Source of the DNA: Hydrocarboniphaga sp.
GTDB taxonomy: Bacteria > Pseudomonadota > Gammaproteobacteria > Nevskiales > Nevskiaceae
Direction of reading: 5' to 3'
NCBI RefSeq assembly: GCF_965279055.1
Contig: NZ_OZ257125.1
Location: 4,271,322-4,335,321 of the forward strand
DNA length: 64,000 bases
This document shows positions 20,860 through 30,382 of the stretch, in pieces. Both the position numbers and the translations under genes were made by a program. The notes beneath the pieces are model-generated. The model was not told the DNA's origin. It was given only the letters and a program-made list of their open reading frames with translations, and searched no databases. Position 1 is the stretch's first letter, and each line of letters begins with the position of its first letter.

Positions 20860-21504
20860 TCAGGGTCGCGCCTGCGAGTTCAGCAGCTGCTCGCGTATCG
20901 CCGGGTCCAGCGGCGGCGCGCTGCCCTCGATCGGCATGTCGGTGCTGTTGATCACCAGCGCCAGCGTGCCGTAGCAGCCGAACAGGAACACCAGGTCGAG
21001 CATCTGCTTGTGGTCGTAGCGCCGCGACAGCCGCGACCAGCTCGCCGGCGTGATCCGCGACAGCGCGTGCAGCTCGTCGACGGCGCGCACCAGATCGGCA
21101 TCGCCGGCCGGCCAGCCGGCCGCGTCCGGGCCCTGGCGCAGCCATTGAATCTCGTCGTCGGAGAGGCCCGCGCGCTTGCCCAGGATCATGTGCTGCACCA
21201 GCTCGTATTCCGAATGCATCAGCCAGCTCAGCCGCAGGATCACGATCTCGCGATCGCGATACGGCAGGCTGCTGGCGCCGGCGACGTGGGCGTTCAGCGT
21301 CATGAAGGCCCTGGCCAGCGCCGGGTAATGGGCCAACAGGCCGAGCACGTTCATGCCGCGCACCTGGCGCTCGCCCGCGTTCCAGCCATTGATAACGAAT
21401 TCGTAACTCTTCGGAAAGGCCGCCAGGGCCTGTTTTGCCGCCTCATCCCAGTCCGATGGCAGCTGGGGAACAATGCGCGGCGACGCCGGATGATCCTGAG
21501 TCAA
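20860..21504 (-). CDS. Carboxymuconolactone decarboxylase/AhpD-like family protein
   Basis: REIVILR......SEYE..QH...GKRAGLS, DLVFLFGCY; TTG start after GGAGGAG. Confidence 0.8.
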   Translation of the reverse strand: MTQDHPASPRIVPQLPSDWDEAAKQALAAFPKSYEFVINGWNAGERQVRGMNVLGLLAHYPALARAFMTLNAHVAGASSLPYRDREIVILRLSWLMHSEYELVQHMILGKRAGLSDDEIQWLRQGPDAAGWPAGDADLVRAVDELHALSRITPASWSRLSRRYDHKQMLDLVFLFGCYGTLALVINSTDMPIEGSAPPLDPAIREQLLNSQARP

Positions 21505-21575
21505 GAAAGCTCCTCCGCGAGTCACGACGATGGTGCCGCCGGCAGGCGGAGCCGAGTCACTGACCTTGCTTATTA

Positions 21576-21591
21576 TAGACAGCGCTGTTCA
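21576..21591. promoter_or_regulatory. Candidate operator RACA-N4-TGTY
   Basis: taGACAgcgcTGTTca in the divergent CMD/MFS region. Confidence 0.6.
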
Positions 21592-21711
21592 CTTGGATTG
21601 TATGCCAGCGCCGGCCGTCGAGGCAAAGCGGCGGCGCGACGCGAAATGTAGCGATCCGGCCATGCATTGTCGCGACCTCACCGCGCGAGACACCGATCGG
21701 CCCGGCCTTAT

Positions 21712-21727
21712 CCAACACTATTGTTGA
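21712..21727. promoter_or_regulatory. Candidate operator RACA-N4-TGTY
   Basis: ccAACActatTGTTga upstream of the MFS gene. Confidence 0.6.
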
Positions 21728-21788
21728 TTGTTGCGACGCAACGCGAGTAGCCTCGCAGCGCCCCGCGCACCACGGAAGACGCCTCATC

Positions 21789-23159
21789 ATGTTCCAAGCC
21801 AGCGTTGCCTCCGCCAGTGAGCCGGCCCAGCAGCTTGCCTACCCTCGCAGCGCCGTCGCCTGGTATGCAGCGGCGGTACTGGCCACGATGTACTGGCTGT
21901 CGGTACTCGACCGCTTCATCATCTCGCTGCTGGTCGGCCCGATCAAGGCGGACCTGGGCATCTCCGACACGCAGTTCGGGCTGCTCAACGGCTTCGCTTT
22001 CGCGATCACCTTCTGCCTGTTCGGCCTGCTCGCCGGCGCGGTCGCGGATCGCTTCAGCCGGCGCTGGGTGATCTTCAGCGGCGTCTCGATCTGGTCGATC
22101 TCCACCGCGCTGTGCGGCACTGCGCAGAGCTTCGGCTCGCTGCTGACGGCTCGCGTCGGCGTCGGTGCCGGCGAAGCGGCACTGTCGCCGGCGGCGACGT
22201 CGATGCTCACCGACCTGTTCCCGCGCGACCGCCTGACGCTGGCGTTCGCGGTGTTCGCGCTGGGCTCGACCATCGGCTCGGGCTGCGCCTACCTGTTCGG
22301 CGGCCTGATCATCGAGGCGGTGTCCAAGCACGCCACGGTGGCGCTGCCGCTGATCGGCGAAGTGCGCTCCTGGCAGGCGGTATTCTTCATCGTCGGCATT
22401 CCCGGCGCGCTGATGTCCCTGCTGATGTTCACGGTGCCCGAGCCGCTGCGTCGCGGCCGCCTCGCGGTCAACACCAGCTGGACTTTCGTCGTCACCGCGT
22501 ACCGCGACCTGATCCGCTTTCTGCGTACGCAACCGCGCTTCTTCGTCAGCCACTACGTCGGATTCGGCCTGGTGTCGGCGACGATCACCGGCACCGGCAG
22601 CTGGCTCGCCGCCTTCATGGGTCGCACGTTCGGCTGGCACTTCGGCCAGATCGGCCTGGTGCTGGGCGCCATCGTCGCCATCTCCGGCATCTTCGGCCCG
22701 CTGGTCAGCGGCCGCTTTATCGACGTGATGGTCCGCCGCGGTCAGCGCGACGCGCAGTTCCTGTGGTACGGCAGCTGCCTGATCCTCGCCGCGCCTGCGG
22801 GCGTCGTCGCGTTGACGTCGACGTCGCCGCTGATCTTCATCGTCTTCATCACCATGTTCCAGCTGCTGACCAGCTCGATCTCCGCCTGCAGCAACGCGGC
22901 GCTGAATCTGGTCACGCCCAATGCGCTGCGCGGCACCGGCGTGTCGTTCTACGGTGCGACCGCCGGCCTGATCGGCGTCAGCGTCGGGCCCTTGCTGATG
23001 GGCGCGATCTCGGATCACGTATTCCACAGCGAAGCCGCGATCGGCTACGGCATGGCCGTGGTGATCGCGATCTTTCTTCCGCTGGCCGCGGCGATGCTGC
23101 TGACCGGGCGCAAGCACATGCGCCAGGCGGTGCTCGCGGCCGAGCTGGCGCCGGCCTGA
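21789..23159 (+). CDS. MFS transporter (spinster-like)
   Basis: LSVLDRFIISLL, GAVADRFSRR motif A, RVGVGAGEA, about 12 hydrophobic segments. Confidence 0.9.
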   Translation: MFQASVASASEPAQQLAYPRSAVAWYAAAVLATMYWLSVLDRFIISLLVGPIKADLGISDTQFGLLNGFAFAITFCLFGLLAGAVADRFSRRWVIFSGVSIWSISTALCGTAQSFGSLLTARVGVGAGEAALSPAATSMLTDLFPRDRLTLAFAVFALGSTIGSGCAYLFGGLIIEAVSKHATVALPLIGEVRSWQAVFFIVGIPGALMSLLMFTVPEPLRRGRLAVNTSWTFVVTAYRDLIRFLRTQPRFFVSHYVGFGLVSATITGTGSWLAAFMGRTFGWHFGQIGLVLGAIVAISGIFGPLVSGRFIDVMVRRGQRDAQFLWYGSCLILAAPAGVVALTSTSPLIFIVFITMFQLLTSSISACSNAALNLVTPNALRGTGVSFYGATAGLIGVSVGPLLMGAISDHVFHSEAAIGYGMAVVIAIFLPLAAAMLLTGRKHMRQAVLAAELAPA

Positions 23160-23184
23160 AGCCGTCGGCGGTGCAGGGCAAGGC

Positions 23185-24645
23185 ATGAGCGGCACCCTGG
23201 AATCGCTCTGCGCCCGCGCGCTGGCGCGCGCGGCCGATCACGCGGCGATCGAGTACGAAAAGCGCTGGTACGACTGGGGCGAGATGCGCCGTGTCGCGCA
23301 GCGACTGCAAGCGCTGATGGACGCCAGCGGCAGCGACGGCCCGGTCGCCTTCGTGCCGCGCAACCGGCCCTCCGCGATCGCCGCGTTGTTCGGCCTGCTC
23401 GCACGAGGCCGCCAGCTGCGCATGGTCTACGCGTTCCAGTCACCGGCCGCGATCGCAGGCGATATCGGCAAGCTCGATGCGGCCATCGTCGTCGCCGCAG
23501 CCGAAGACTTCTCAGACGAGCTGCGCGCGGTGCTGCAACAGCGGCAGATCGTCGGCATAGCCCTGAGCGAAATGGACGCGGTCGCGATCGACACGATCCA
23601 GCGCGGCCGGCGCCGCGACAGCCGCGACACGCGCGTGCAGCCGCGCATCGATATCCTCACCAGTGGCACCACCGGTCCGCCCAAGCCTTTCAGCGTCAGC
23701 TACGAACTGATCGCGCGCCATCACGTCGGCGCGCTCAGCGACTTGTCGCAGCAGCCACCGGCGCTGCTGTGCTTTCCGCTGGGCAACATCACCGGCATCT
23801 ATTCGACGATTCCGCCGCTGATCAAGGGCCAGCGCGCGGTGCTGCTGGATCGGTTCAGCGTCGCCGGCTGGCACGACTACGTGAAGCGTTTCCGCCCCAC
23901 GCACAGCGGCATGCCGCCGGCCGGCCTGCAGATGCTGCTGGACGCGCAGATTCCGCCCGAGGACCTGTCCAGCCTGCGCGCGCTGGGCACCGGCGCGGCG
24001 CCGCTGGATCCGAACGTGCAGCGCGCTTTCGAGGCGCGCTATGGCATCCCGATCCTGCTGTCCTACGGCGCCACCGAATTCGGCGGCCCGGTGTCGGCGA
24101 TGACCGCCGATCTGCATGCGCAATGGGGCGATGCCAAGTTCGGCAGCGTCGGCCGCGCGCTGCCGGGCGCGCGCCTGCGCATCGTCGACGAAGACAGCGG
24201 CGCACCGCTGCCGCCCGGCAGCGAAGGCCTGCTCGAAGTGGTGTCGCCGCGCATCGGCCCGGACTGGATCCGCACGTCCGACATCGCCGTACTCGACGCC
24301 GACGGCTTCCTGTTCTGCCGCGGCCGCGCCGACGGCGCGATCATGCGCGGCGGCTTCAAGCTGCTGCCCGAAGTCATCGAACGCGCGCTGCTGCTGCATC
24401 CGGCGATCTCGGCCGCGGCCGCTACCGGTATCGACGATGCGCGTCTCGGTCAGGTGCCGGCGGTGGCGCTGCAGATCAAGCCGGAGCACGAGACGCCGAG
24501 CGTCGCGCAGCTGGAGGCGCATCTGCGCGCCCATCTGCCGGCTACGCATATTCCGCTGCACTGGCGCTACGTCGACGCGCTGCCGCGCACACCGTCGTTC
24601 AAGGTCGACCGGCCGGCGTTGAAACGCCTGTTCATCCGCGACTGA
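23185..24645 (+). CDS. ANL-family acyl-CoA synthetase
   Basis: TSGTTGPPK, YGATE, RTSD, GRAD, TPSFK. Confidence 0.88.
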   Translation: MSGTLESLCARALARAADHAAIEYEKRWYDWGEMRRVAQRLQALMDASGSDGPVAFVPRNRPSAIAALFGLLARGRQLRMVYAFQSPAAIAGDIGKLDAAIVVAAAEDFSDELRAVLQQRQIVGIALSEMDAVAIDTIQRGRRRDSRDTRVQPRIDILTSGTTGPPKPFSVSYELIARHHVGALSDLSQQPPALLCFPLGNITGIYSTIPPLIKGQRAVLLDRFSVAGWHDYVKRFRPTHSGMPPAGLQMLLDAQIPPEDLSSLRALGTGAAPLDPNVQRAFEARYGIPILLSYGATEFGGPVSAMTADLHAQWGDAKFGSVGRALPGARLRIVDEDSGAPLPPGSEGLLEVVSPRIGPDWIRTSDIAVLDADGFLFCRGRADGAIMRGGFKLLPEVIERALLLHPAISAAAATGIDDARLGQVPAVALQIKPEHETPSVAQLEAHLRAHLPATHIPLHWRYVDALPRTPSFKVDRPALKRLFIRD

Positions 24646-24658
24646 GCCGGCGTCTGCG

Positions 24659-24761
24659 TCCCTCGATACGCGCCTGCGGCGCTACTCGGGGGAACGGTGT
24701 GCTTGTGGTTTCCACTGCCCCCGTTTCCTCCCGAGTCGCCGCGACGCGGCGCATCGAGGGT
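24659..24761. repeat. REP doublet, family A, opposite arm orientation
   Basis: TCCCTCGATACG..GCTACTCGGGGGAACGG ... CCGTTTCCTCCCGAGTCGCC..GCATCGAGGG between convergent genes. Confidence 0.75.
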
Positions 24762-24773
24762 CGCGGGCGCAGA

Positions 24774-25856
24774 CTAAGCGGCGCCGCCGAAATCCGGAAT
24801 GATCCGCGGCAGCTGCGCCGAGGTGCGGATGCCCGGCGCCGCTTCGCAGACATAGGCCACCGAGTTGACCACAGGGTGGGCGGTATACCCGGGCGTGGTC
24901 GCGGCCTTGCGCTCCAGCGGCACGGTGAAATACAGGTGCATGTCGAGCGGGCAATCGCCTTCGACTTCCACCTGCCAGCCATCGCCGCGCAGCTTCCAGT
25001 CGGCGTCGATGTCGTAGCCGACGAACCAGTTCGCGGTGAACGTCATCAGCGGCTTGCCGTTGCGCATGCCCGACACCGTGGTGCGCAGCGCGGCGACGGT
25101 GCCGGCCTTGACCACGCCAGCGGCGATCTCGATGTCGTTTCGCGCCAGCGCAACCTGGCCGCGAGCCTCGATGCTGTCGAAATCCAGGCCGACGGCGTCG
25201 GCCACCACTCTCAGTGCAGGGCCGAATTCCTCGCGCAGATAATGCACGCGGCCGGCTTCGGCCTGAGGGTTCGGCGCCTGGCCGAAACCCATGATCTGGA
25301 ACAGCATCTCCGGCGAGTCGCGCGAGCTGCAATCGGCGTATTCGTTGATGTGCAGGCCGTCGAGCCGGCGCTGCAGGCTGAGCAGGGTCAGCGGCATCAT
25401 CTCGGTGATGAAGCCCGGGCTGCTGCCGGTACTGTGGATCGAGCTGTTGCCGGCGCGGCAGGCCGCTTCGATACGCTCCCGCACATCCGGCGCCAACCGC
25501 GACGGCAGCGCGAACTCGGGACGCGAGGTGACGACATTGCTGCCGGCTTCGAGCAGGCGGCACAGCTCGTCGACGTTGATGTTCTGCGGCATGTACACCA
25601 CGCAGTCGGCCTTCAGCGCGACGATGTCGTCGAGGCTGCGCGTGGCACTGACGCCGATCGCAGGCAGACCACAGAGTTCGCCGGCGTCGCGCCCGGCCTT
25701 GTCCTGGCTGTACACGTAAAGCCCGACCAGTTGCATGGCCGGGTGCTCGATCAGCGCTCGCAGCGACCGCAGGCCGACGTTGCCGGTGGCCCACTGCACC
25801 ACGCGATACTGCCGGGCCGGCCGTGACGTCAGAACCGCGGCGCTGGGACGTGTCAT
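24774..25856 (-). CDS. DapB-N / 2,4-diaminopentanoate-dehydrogenase-like oxidoreductase
   Basis: VVQWATGNVG, GRDAGELCG, AGSNVVT, TGSSPGF, APGIRT...LP. Confidence 0.75.
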   Translation of the reverse strand: MTRPSAAVLTSRPARQYRVVQWATGNVGLRSLRALIEHPAMQLVGLYVYSQDKAGRDAGELCGLPAIGVSATRSLDDIVALKADCVVYMPQNINVDELCRLLEAGSNVVTSRPEFALPSRLAPDVRERIEAACRAGNSSIHSTGSSPGFITEMMPLTLLSLQRRLDGLHINEYADCSSRDSPEMLFQIMGFGQAPNPQAEAGRVHYLREEFGPALRVVADAVGLDFDSIEARGQVALARNDIEIAAGVVKAGTVAALRTTVSGMRNGKPLMTFTANWFVGYDIDADWKLRGDGWQVEVEGDCPLDMHLYFTVPLERKAATTPGYTAHPVVNSVAYVCEAAPGIRTSAQLPRIIPDFGGAA

Positions 25857-25927
25857 GCGTTTCTCCTCGAAATATTATTGTCTTGCGGCGCAACGCAGCG
25901 AGCTGTGGAATGGCGGCACGATGCTTA

Positions 25928-25943
25928 TGAACAGCACTGCTGT
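25928..25943. promoter_or_regulatory. Candidate operator, near match
   Basis: tgAACAgcacTGCTgt; a second weak site gaAATAttatTGTCtt at 25869-25884; divergent region. Confidence 0.4.
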
Positions 25944-26074
25944 GTACACTAGAAGCGCAGCCTAGCAAGCTTGGCCGCCGTTTCTCCACCCGCGCTGCGA
26001 TGCTGCGGCGCGCAATATCAAAAACATACAGCGGCCATCGATCGCCGGCAGTGCGGCAAAGGAGACGTGATTCG

Positions 26075-27745
26075 ATGAATGCGCACGACGAATCGCCGCC
26101 GGCCGCGGGCTGGAATGCGTTCGCGCCGCTACGCGAAGCCACGTTCCGCAATATATGGACGGCGAGCCTGCTGTCGAATTTCGGCCAACTGGTGCTCGGC
26201 GTCGGCGCCGCCTGGGAAATGACCCGGCTGACCACCTCGGCGAGCATGGTCGCGCTGGTGCAGTCGGCGATGATGCTGCCGCTGATGCTGGTCGCCGTGC
26301 CGGCCGGCGCGATCGCCGACATGTTCGACCGGCGCAAGACCGCGATGGCCGGGCTGGCCTTCGCCACGCTGGCGGCCGCCGTGCTGACGACGATCGCGAT
26401 GCTCGGCCTGACCACGCCCTGGCTGCTGCTGCTGTTCTGCTTTCTGATCGGCGGCGGCGTCGCGCTGTACGGCCCGGCCTGGCAGTCATCGATCATCGAG
26501 CAGGTTCGGCCCGAGCACCTGCCGGCCGCGGTCGCGCTCGGCGCGGTCAGCTACAACATCGCGCGCAGCTTCGGCCCGGCGATCGGCGGCGCGGTGATCG
26601 TGCTGGTCGGCGCCAAGGGCGCGTTCGGCATCAACGCGCTGTTCTATCTGCCGCTGCTGATCACGTTCTTTTTCTGGAAGCGTCAGCAGGCGATAAACCG
26701 GCTGCCGCCGGAACGGCTCGATCGCGCGATCGTCGGCGGCGCGCGCTATGCGTTGCATTCGCCGCCGATCCGCATCGTGCTGATTCGCGCATTCCTGTTC
26801 GGACTGTGCACCGCGGCGACCGCGGCGCTGGTGCCGCTGATCGTGCGCGACATGTTGCAAGGCACCGCCAGCACGTTCGGCCTGCTGCTCGGCGCCACCG
26901 GCGTCGGCGCGGTGATCGGCGCGCTGGCGGTCAGCGAGGTGCGCGAGCGCTTCAGCGCCGAGCGCGCGGTCGGCCTGTGCGCGCTGGTCGGCGGCCCGGC
27001 GGTGATCGCGATCGGCTTCAGCCATCACGTGATCCTGACCGCGCTGCTGCTGGTGGTTTCCGGCGCGGCCAATATGCTGCTGGTGTCGCTGTTCTCGGTT
27101 GGCGTGCAGCTGTCGGCGCCGCGCTGGGTCGCGGCGCGCGCGATCGCACTGCATTCCTCGGCACTCACCGGCGGTATCGCCATCGGCGCCTGGATCTGGG
27201 GCCAGGTCACCGGCGCCTGGGGAGTGGATGTCGCGATCGTCGCCTCCGGCGTACTGCTCGCGCTGACCTCGCTGCTCGGCCTGGTACTGCCGATGCCGCG
27301 CGTGTCGCTCAAGGAAATCGAGGTGGTCGATCTCGGCCACGAGCCGGAAGTGTCGCTGCAGCTGACACCGCGCAGCGGCCCCATCGTCATCGAGATCGAT
27401 TACGCGGTGGACCCCGAGCACGCGCGCGACTTCTACGCGGCGATGCTCAAGCTGCAGCATGCGCGGCGACGCAACGGCGCCTACGACTGGTCGCTGTCGC
27501 GCGACATCGCCAAGCTGTCGCTGTGGACCGAGCGCTATCACTGCGCGACCTGGGGCGACTACCTGCGCCAGCGCGAACGCTTCACCCATTCCGATCTGGA
27601 TCTGCAGGAGCAGGCCAGCGCGTTCAACATGGACAGCTCGGAGCTGCGCGTGCGCCGGCGCCTGGAACGGCCGTTCGGATCGGTGCGCTGGCGCGCCGAC
27701 GTGCCGGATCCGCAGCGCGACAACTACAGCGTCTTCGGGCCTTGA
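26075..27745 (+). CDS. MFS_3-type transporter with soluble C-terminal extension
   Basis: FRNIWTASLLSNFG, AGAIADMFDRR, RSFGPAIGG; C-terminal domain of about 130 aa (IEIDYAVDPE...WTERY); ATG 26075. Confidence 0.85.
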   Translation: MNAHDESPPAAGWNAFAPLREATFRNIWTASLLSNFGQLVLGVGAAWEMTRLTTSASMVALVQSAMMLPLMLVAVPAGAIADMFDRRKTAMAGLAFATLAAAVLTTIAMLGLTTPWLLLLFCFLIGGGVALYGPAWQSSIIEQVRPEHLPAAVALGAVSYNIARSFGPAIGGAVIVLVGAKGAFGINALFYLPLLITFFFWKRQQAINRLPPERLDRAIVGGARYALHSPPIRIVLIRAFLFGLCTAATAALVPLIVRDMLQGTASTFGLLLGATGVGAVIGALAVSEVRERFSAERAVGLCALVGGPAVIAIGFSHHVILTALLLVVSGAANMLLVSLFSVGVQLSAPRWVAARAIALHSSALTGGIAIGAWIWGQVTGAWGVDVAIVASGVLLALTSLLGLVLPMPRVSLKEIEVVDLGHEPEVSLQLTPRSGPIVIEIDYAVDPEHARDFYAAMLKLQHARRRNGAYDWSLSRDIAKLSLWTERYHCATWGDYLRQRERFTHSDLDLQEQASAFNMDSSELRVRRRLERPFGSVRWRADVPDPQRDNYSVFGP

Positions 27746-27815
27746 ACGCCGCGCAGGCGGCTTCATCACCTCGTCATCAGTTCATACTCAAAGCGAAACG
27801 AACAGGAGAATCTTC

Positions 27816-29069
27816 ATGCCGGAAGCCTTCATCATCGACGCCGTGCGCACGCCGCGCGGCATCGGCAAAATCGGCAAGGGCGCATTGGCGCACATGCATC
27901 CGCAGCATCTGGCGGCGACCGTGCTCAAGGCGATCCAGCAGCGCAACGGTTTCGACACCCGCGACGTCGACGACGTGATCTGGGGCACCAGCGCGCAGAA
28001 GGGCAAGCAGGGTGGCGACATGGGCCGCATGGCGGCGCTCGATGCCGGCTACGACAAGAGCGTTGCCGGCGTCACGCTGGATCGCTTCTGCGGCAGCGGT
28101 CTGACCGCGGTCAGCTTCGCCGCCGCGCAGCTGAAAGCCGGCATGGAAGACCTGATCGTCGCCGGCGGCACCGAGATGACCTCGCAGATCGCGGCCATGC
28201 AGCAGGCCGAGGCCGCGGCCGGGCTCAAATCGCCGGGCCTGGGCACCGGCAACGCGCGGCTGCAGGCGCGGTATCCGCAGTCGCACCAGGGCGTCAGCGC
28301 CGACGCGATCGCATCAATGGAAGGCATCACCCGCGAAGCCCTCGATGCCTTCGGCGTCGAAAGCCAGCGGCGCGCCGCGCACGCGATCGCCAACGGTTAT
28401 TTCGACAAGTCCATCGTTCCGGTGTTCGATGAGGACGGCAAGCTGGTGCTGGCCAGGGACGAGCATCCGCGCGCCGACACCACGCTGGAAGGCCTGGCCG
28501 CGCTGAAGCCCTCGTTCGGCCAGATCGCCGACATGCCGATCGACGAAAACGGCAACACCTTCCGCAAGATCATCAACTCGGTCTATCCGGGCCTGAAGAT
28601 CGGCGCCTTCCATCACGCCGGCACCTCGTCGGGCAATGTCGACGGCGCCGCCGCGCTGCTGCTGGCATCCGATGCCTACGTGCGCAAGCACGGCCTGAAA
28701 CCGCGCGCGCGCGTGATCGCCACCGCCAACATCGGCGACGACCCGACGCTGATGCTCAACGCGCCGGTACCGGCCGCGCGCAAGATCCTGGCGCGCGCCG
28801 GCCTCACCGTGAACGACATCGACCTGTGGGAAGTCAACGAGGCTTTCGCCGTGGTGGTCGAAAAGTTCATCCGCGATCTGCATATCGACCGCGAGCGCAT
28901 CAACGTCAATGGCGGCGCCATCGCGCTCGGCCACCCGATCGGCGCCACCGGCGCGATCCTGATCGGCACCGTGCTGGACGAGCTGGAAAGGCGCGATCTG
29001 CGGCGCGCTCTGGTTACCATGTGCGCAGCCGGCGGCATGGCGCCGGCGATCATCATCGAGCGCGTCTGA
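27816..29069 (+). CDS. Acetyl-CoA C-acyltransferase (thiolase)
   Basis: DRFCGSG, NEAF, GHPIGATG, MCAAGG; ATG 27816 with AGGAG RBS. Confidence 0.92.
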   Translation: MPEAFIIDAVRTPRGIGKIGKGALAHMHPQHLAATVLKAIQQRNGFDTRDVDDVIWGTSAQKGKQGGDMGRMAALDAGYDKSVAGVTLDRFCGSGLTAVSFAAAQLKAGMEDLIVAGGTEMTSQIAAMQQAEAAAGLKSPGLGTGNARLQARYPQSHQGVSADAIASMEGITREALDAFGVESQRRAAHAIANGYFDKSIVPVFDEDGKLVLARDEHPRADTTLEGLAALKPSFGQIADMPIDENGNTFRKIINSVYPGLKIGAFHHAGTSSGNVDGAAALLLASDAYVRKHGLKPRARVIATANIGDDPTLMLNAPVPAARKILARAGLTVNDIDLWEVNEAFAVVVEKFIRDLHIDRERINVNGGAIALGHPIGATGAILIGTVLDELERRDLRRALVTMCAAGGMAPAIIIERV

Positions 29070-29108
29070 ACCGCGTATCGATCGCACACCGGCAACCAGG
29101 AAAACGGC

Positions 29109-29585
29109 TTGAAAACGACGGGAGAAGAACCACCCAGCGGCACGCCGCCCAACCCGCGCAAACGCGCCATCGGCCGCAAGCTGACGGTGATTTCGCGCCA
29201 GCTGTGGCAGCAGTTCGACCAGAACGTGCAGGGCGCCGGCGTGTCGCGCGCCAAGTGGGGGCTGATCTCGGCGGTGGCGCGCAACCCCGGCACCACGCAG
29301 CGCTCGATCGCGGCGATGCTGGAGGTCACCGAGGTCACCGCCGGCCGCATGATCGACCGGCTGTGCGAGGACGGCCTGCTGGAGCGGCGCGAGAACGCCC
29401 AGGACCGTCGCGGCTACTGCGTGTTCCTGACACCGGCCTCCAAGCCGCTGCTCGACCGTCTCGGCGAGGCCGCCGCCCGCTACGAGGCGGAGGCCTTCGC
29501 CGGCCTCAGCGACGAGGACCTGGAGCGGCTGGAAAACCTGCTCGACGTGGTCGCCAGCAACATCGCCGGACCGAATCAACGCTAG
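29109..29585 (+). CDS. MarR-family regulator
   Basis: TQRSIAAMLEVTEVTAGRMIDRLCEDGLLERRENAQDRR. Confidence 0.88.
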   Translation: MKTTGEEPPSGTPPNPRKRAIGRKLTVISRQLWQQFDQNVQGAGVSRAKWGLISAVARNPGTTQRSIAAMLEVTEVTAGRMIDRLCEDGLLERRENAQDRRGYCVFLTPASKPLLDRLGEAAARYEAEAFAGLSDEDLERLENLLDVVASNIAGPNQR

Positions 29586-29587
29586 CC

Positions 29588-29660
29588 GAAAAAGAAAATT
29601 AACTAAAAACTTAAATTTCTCTTGACACTGCCCTGGGGCGAATACTAACGTAGCTTATGG
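29588..29660 (+). promoter_or_regulatory. Possible sigma70 promoter for the small secreted protein
   Basis: Very AT-rich tract followed by TTGACA; the -10 box is imperfect. Confidence 0.4.
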
Positions 29661-29709
29661 TTTCGATGCTACGGAATCATCTTTCCCCTTGCAAGTCCGG
29701 AGATTCACC

Positions 29710-29988
29710 GTGAAGAAGTCCCTGCTGGCCGTTTCGCTTTTCGCGTTCATGAGCGTCGCCACCGCTGCCCAGGAAACCGCCTCGGCCGGCCCGATCGCGA
29801 CCAAGGGCAAGATGCTGTACGCCACCAACGGCGGCCGCCTGGGTTCGGTTTATCGCGTGTCCGACGACGGCTCCGTACAGCTGATCCTGGACGGCAGCAT
29901 GCGCACCGTGCCGGCGAGCACGCTGGCGATGGTCGACGGCAAGCTGACCACCAGCCTGTCCAAGTCGGACGTCATCTCCAGGCAGTAG
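29710..29988 (+). CDS. Small secreted hypothetical protein
   Basis: GTG start after GGAG; signal peptide MKKSLLAVSLFAFMSVATA; 92 aa, beta-rich (RLGSVYRV). Confidence 0.7.
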   Translation: MKKSLLAVSLFAFMSVATAAQETASAGPIATKGKMLYATNGGRLGSVYRVSDDGSVQLILDGSMRTVPASTLAMVDGKLTTSLSKSDVISRQ

Positions 29989-30004
29989 GCAGCAGCCTGT
30001 GTCG

Positions 30005-30085
30005 CCCTCTCCCTGCGGGAGAGGGCCAAGGGGTGAGGGACTTTCAGTCGCCAACCCGACCCGGATCCGGGACACCCTCATCCGG
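30005..30085. repeat. Palindromic repeat, family B, second arm degenerate
   Basis: CCCTCTCCCTGCGGGAGAGGGCCAAGGGGTGAGGG...ACCCTCATCCGG. Confidence 0.75.
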
Positions 30086-30330
30086 TACTGCGCCGCCGCG
30101 CGAAGCGCGAACGCTTTGCGCGGCGAATGCGCCAGCCTTTGCCGAAGCACGAAGAGCCCTTGCACCACGCTCGCGGCTTAGCCATTGCGCTCCAAAACTC
30201 CACGACGCTCATTTCCTGCTCGCCGCAAAAAAAACAGCGCGCCCTAGCGTGGATCGGCATTTTCGCTTGACCGTGCAGCGCGGCGCGGCGCGCTGTCGCC
30301 GCCGGCTGCGCAAACGGGATATCATTTAGA

Positions 30331-30346
30331 GCAACAGCGGTGTTCA
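30331..30346. promoter_or_regulatory. Candidate operator RACA-N4-TGTY
   Basis: gcAACAgcggTGTTca upstream of the CoA-transferase. Confidence 0.6.
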
Positions 30347-30382
30347 ATAGCCGCGGCGACAAAAAATGGATGGAGAGACCGT

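Noticed and set aside
27459-27815. N-terminal extension of the thiolase in the ORF track
   Set aside because: It overlaps the MFS gene in another frame. ATG 27816 has an AGGAG RBS and gives the canonical thiolase start.
30100-30320. Possible sRNA or small ORF in the long intergenic gap
   Set aside because: No recognisable RNA family motif or convincing coding signal.
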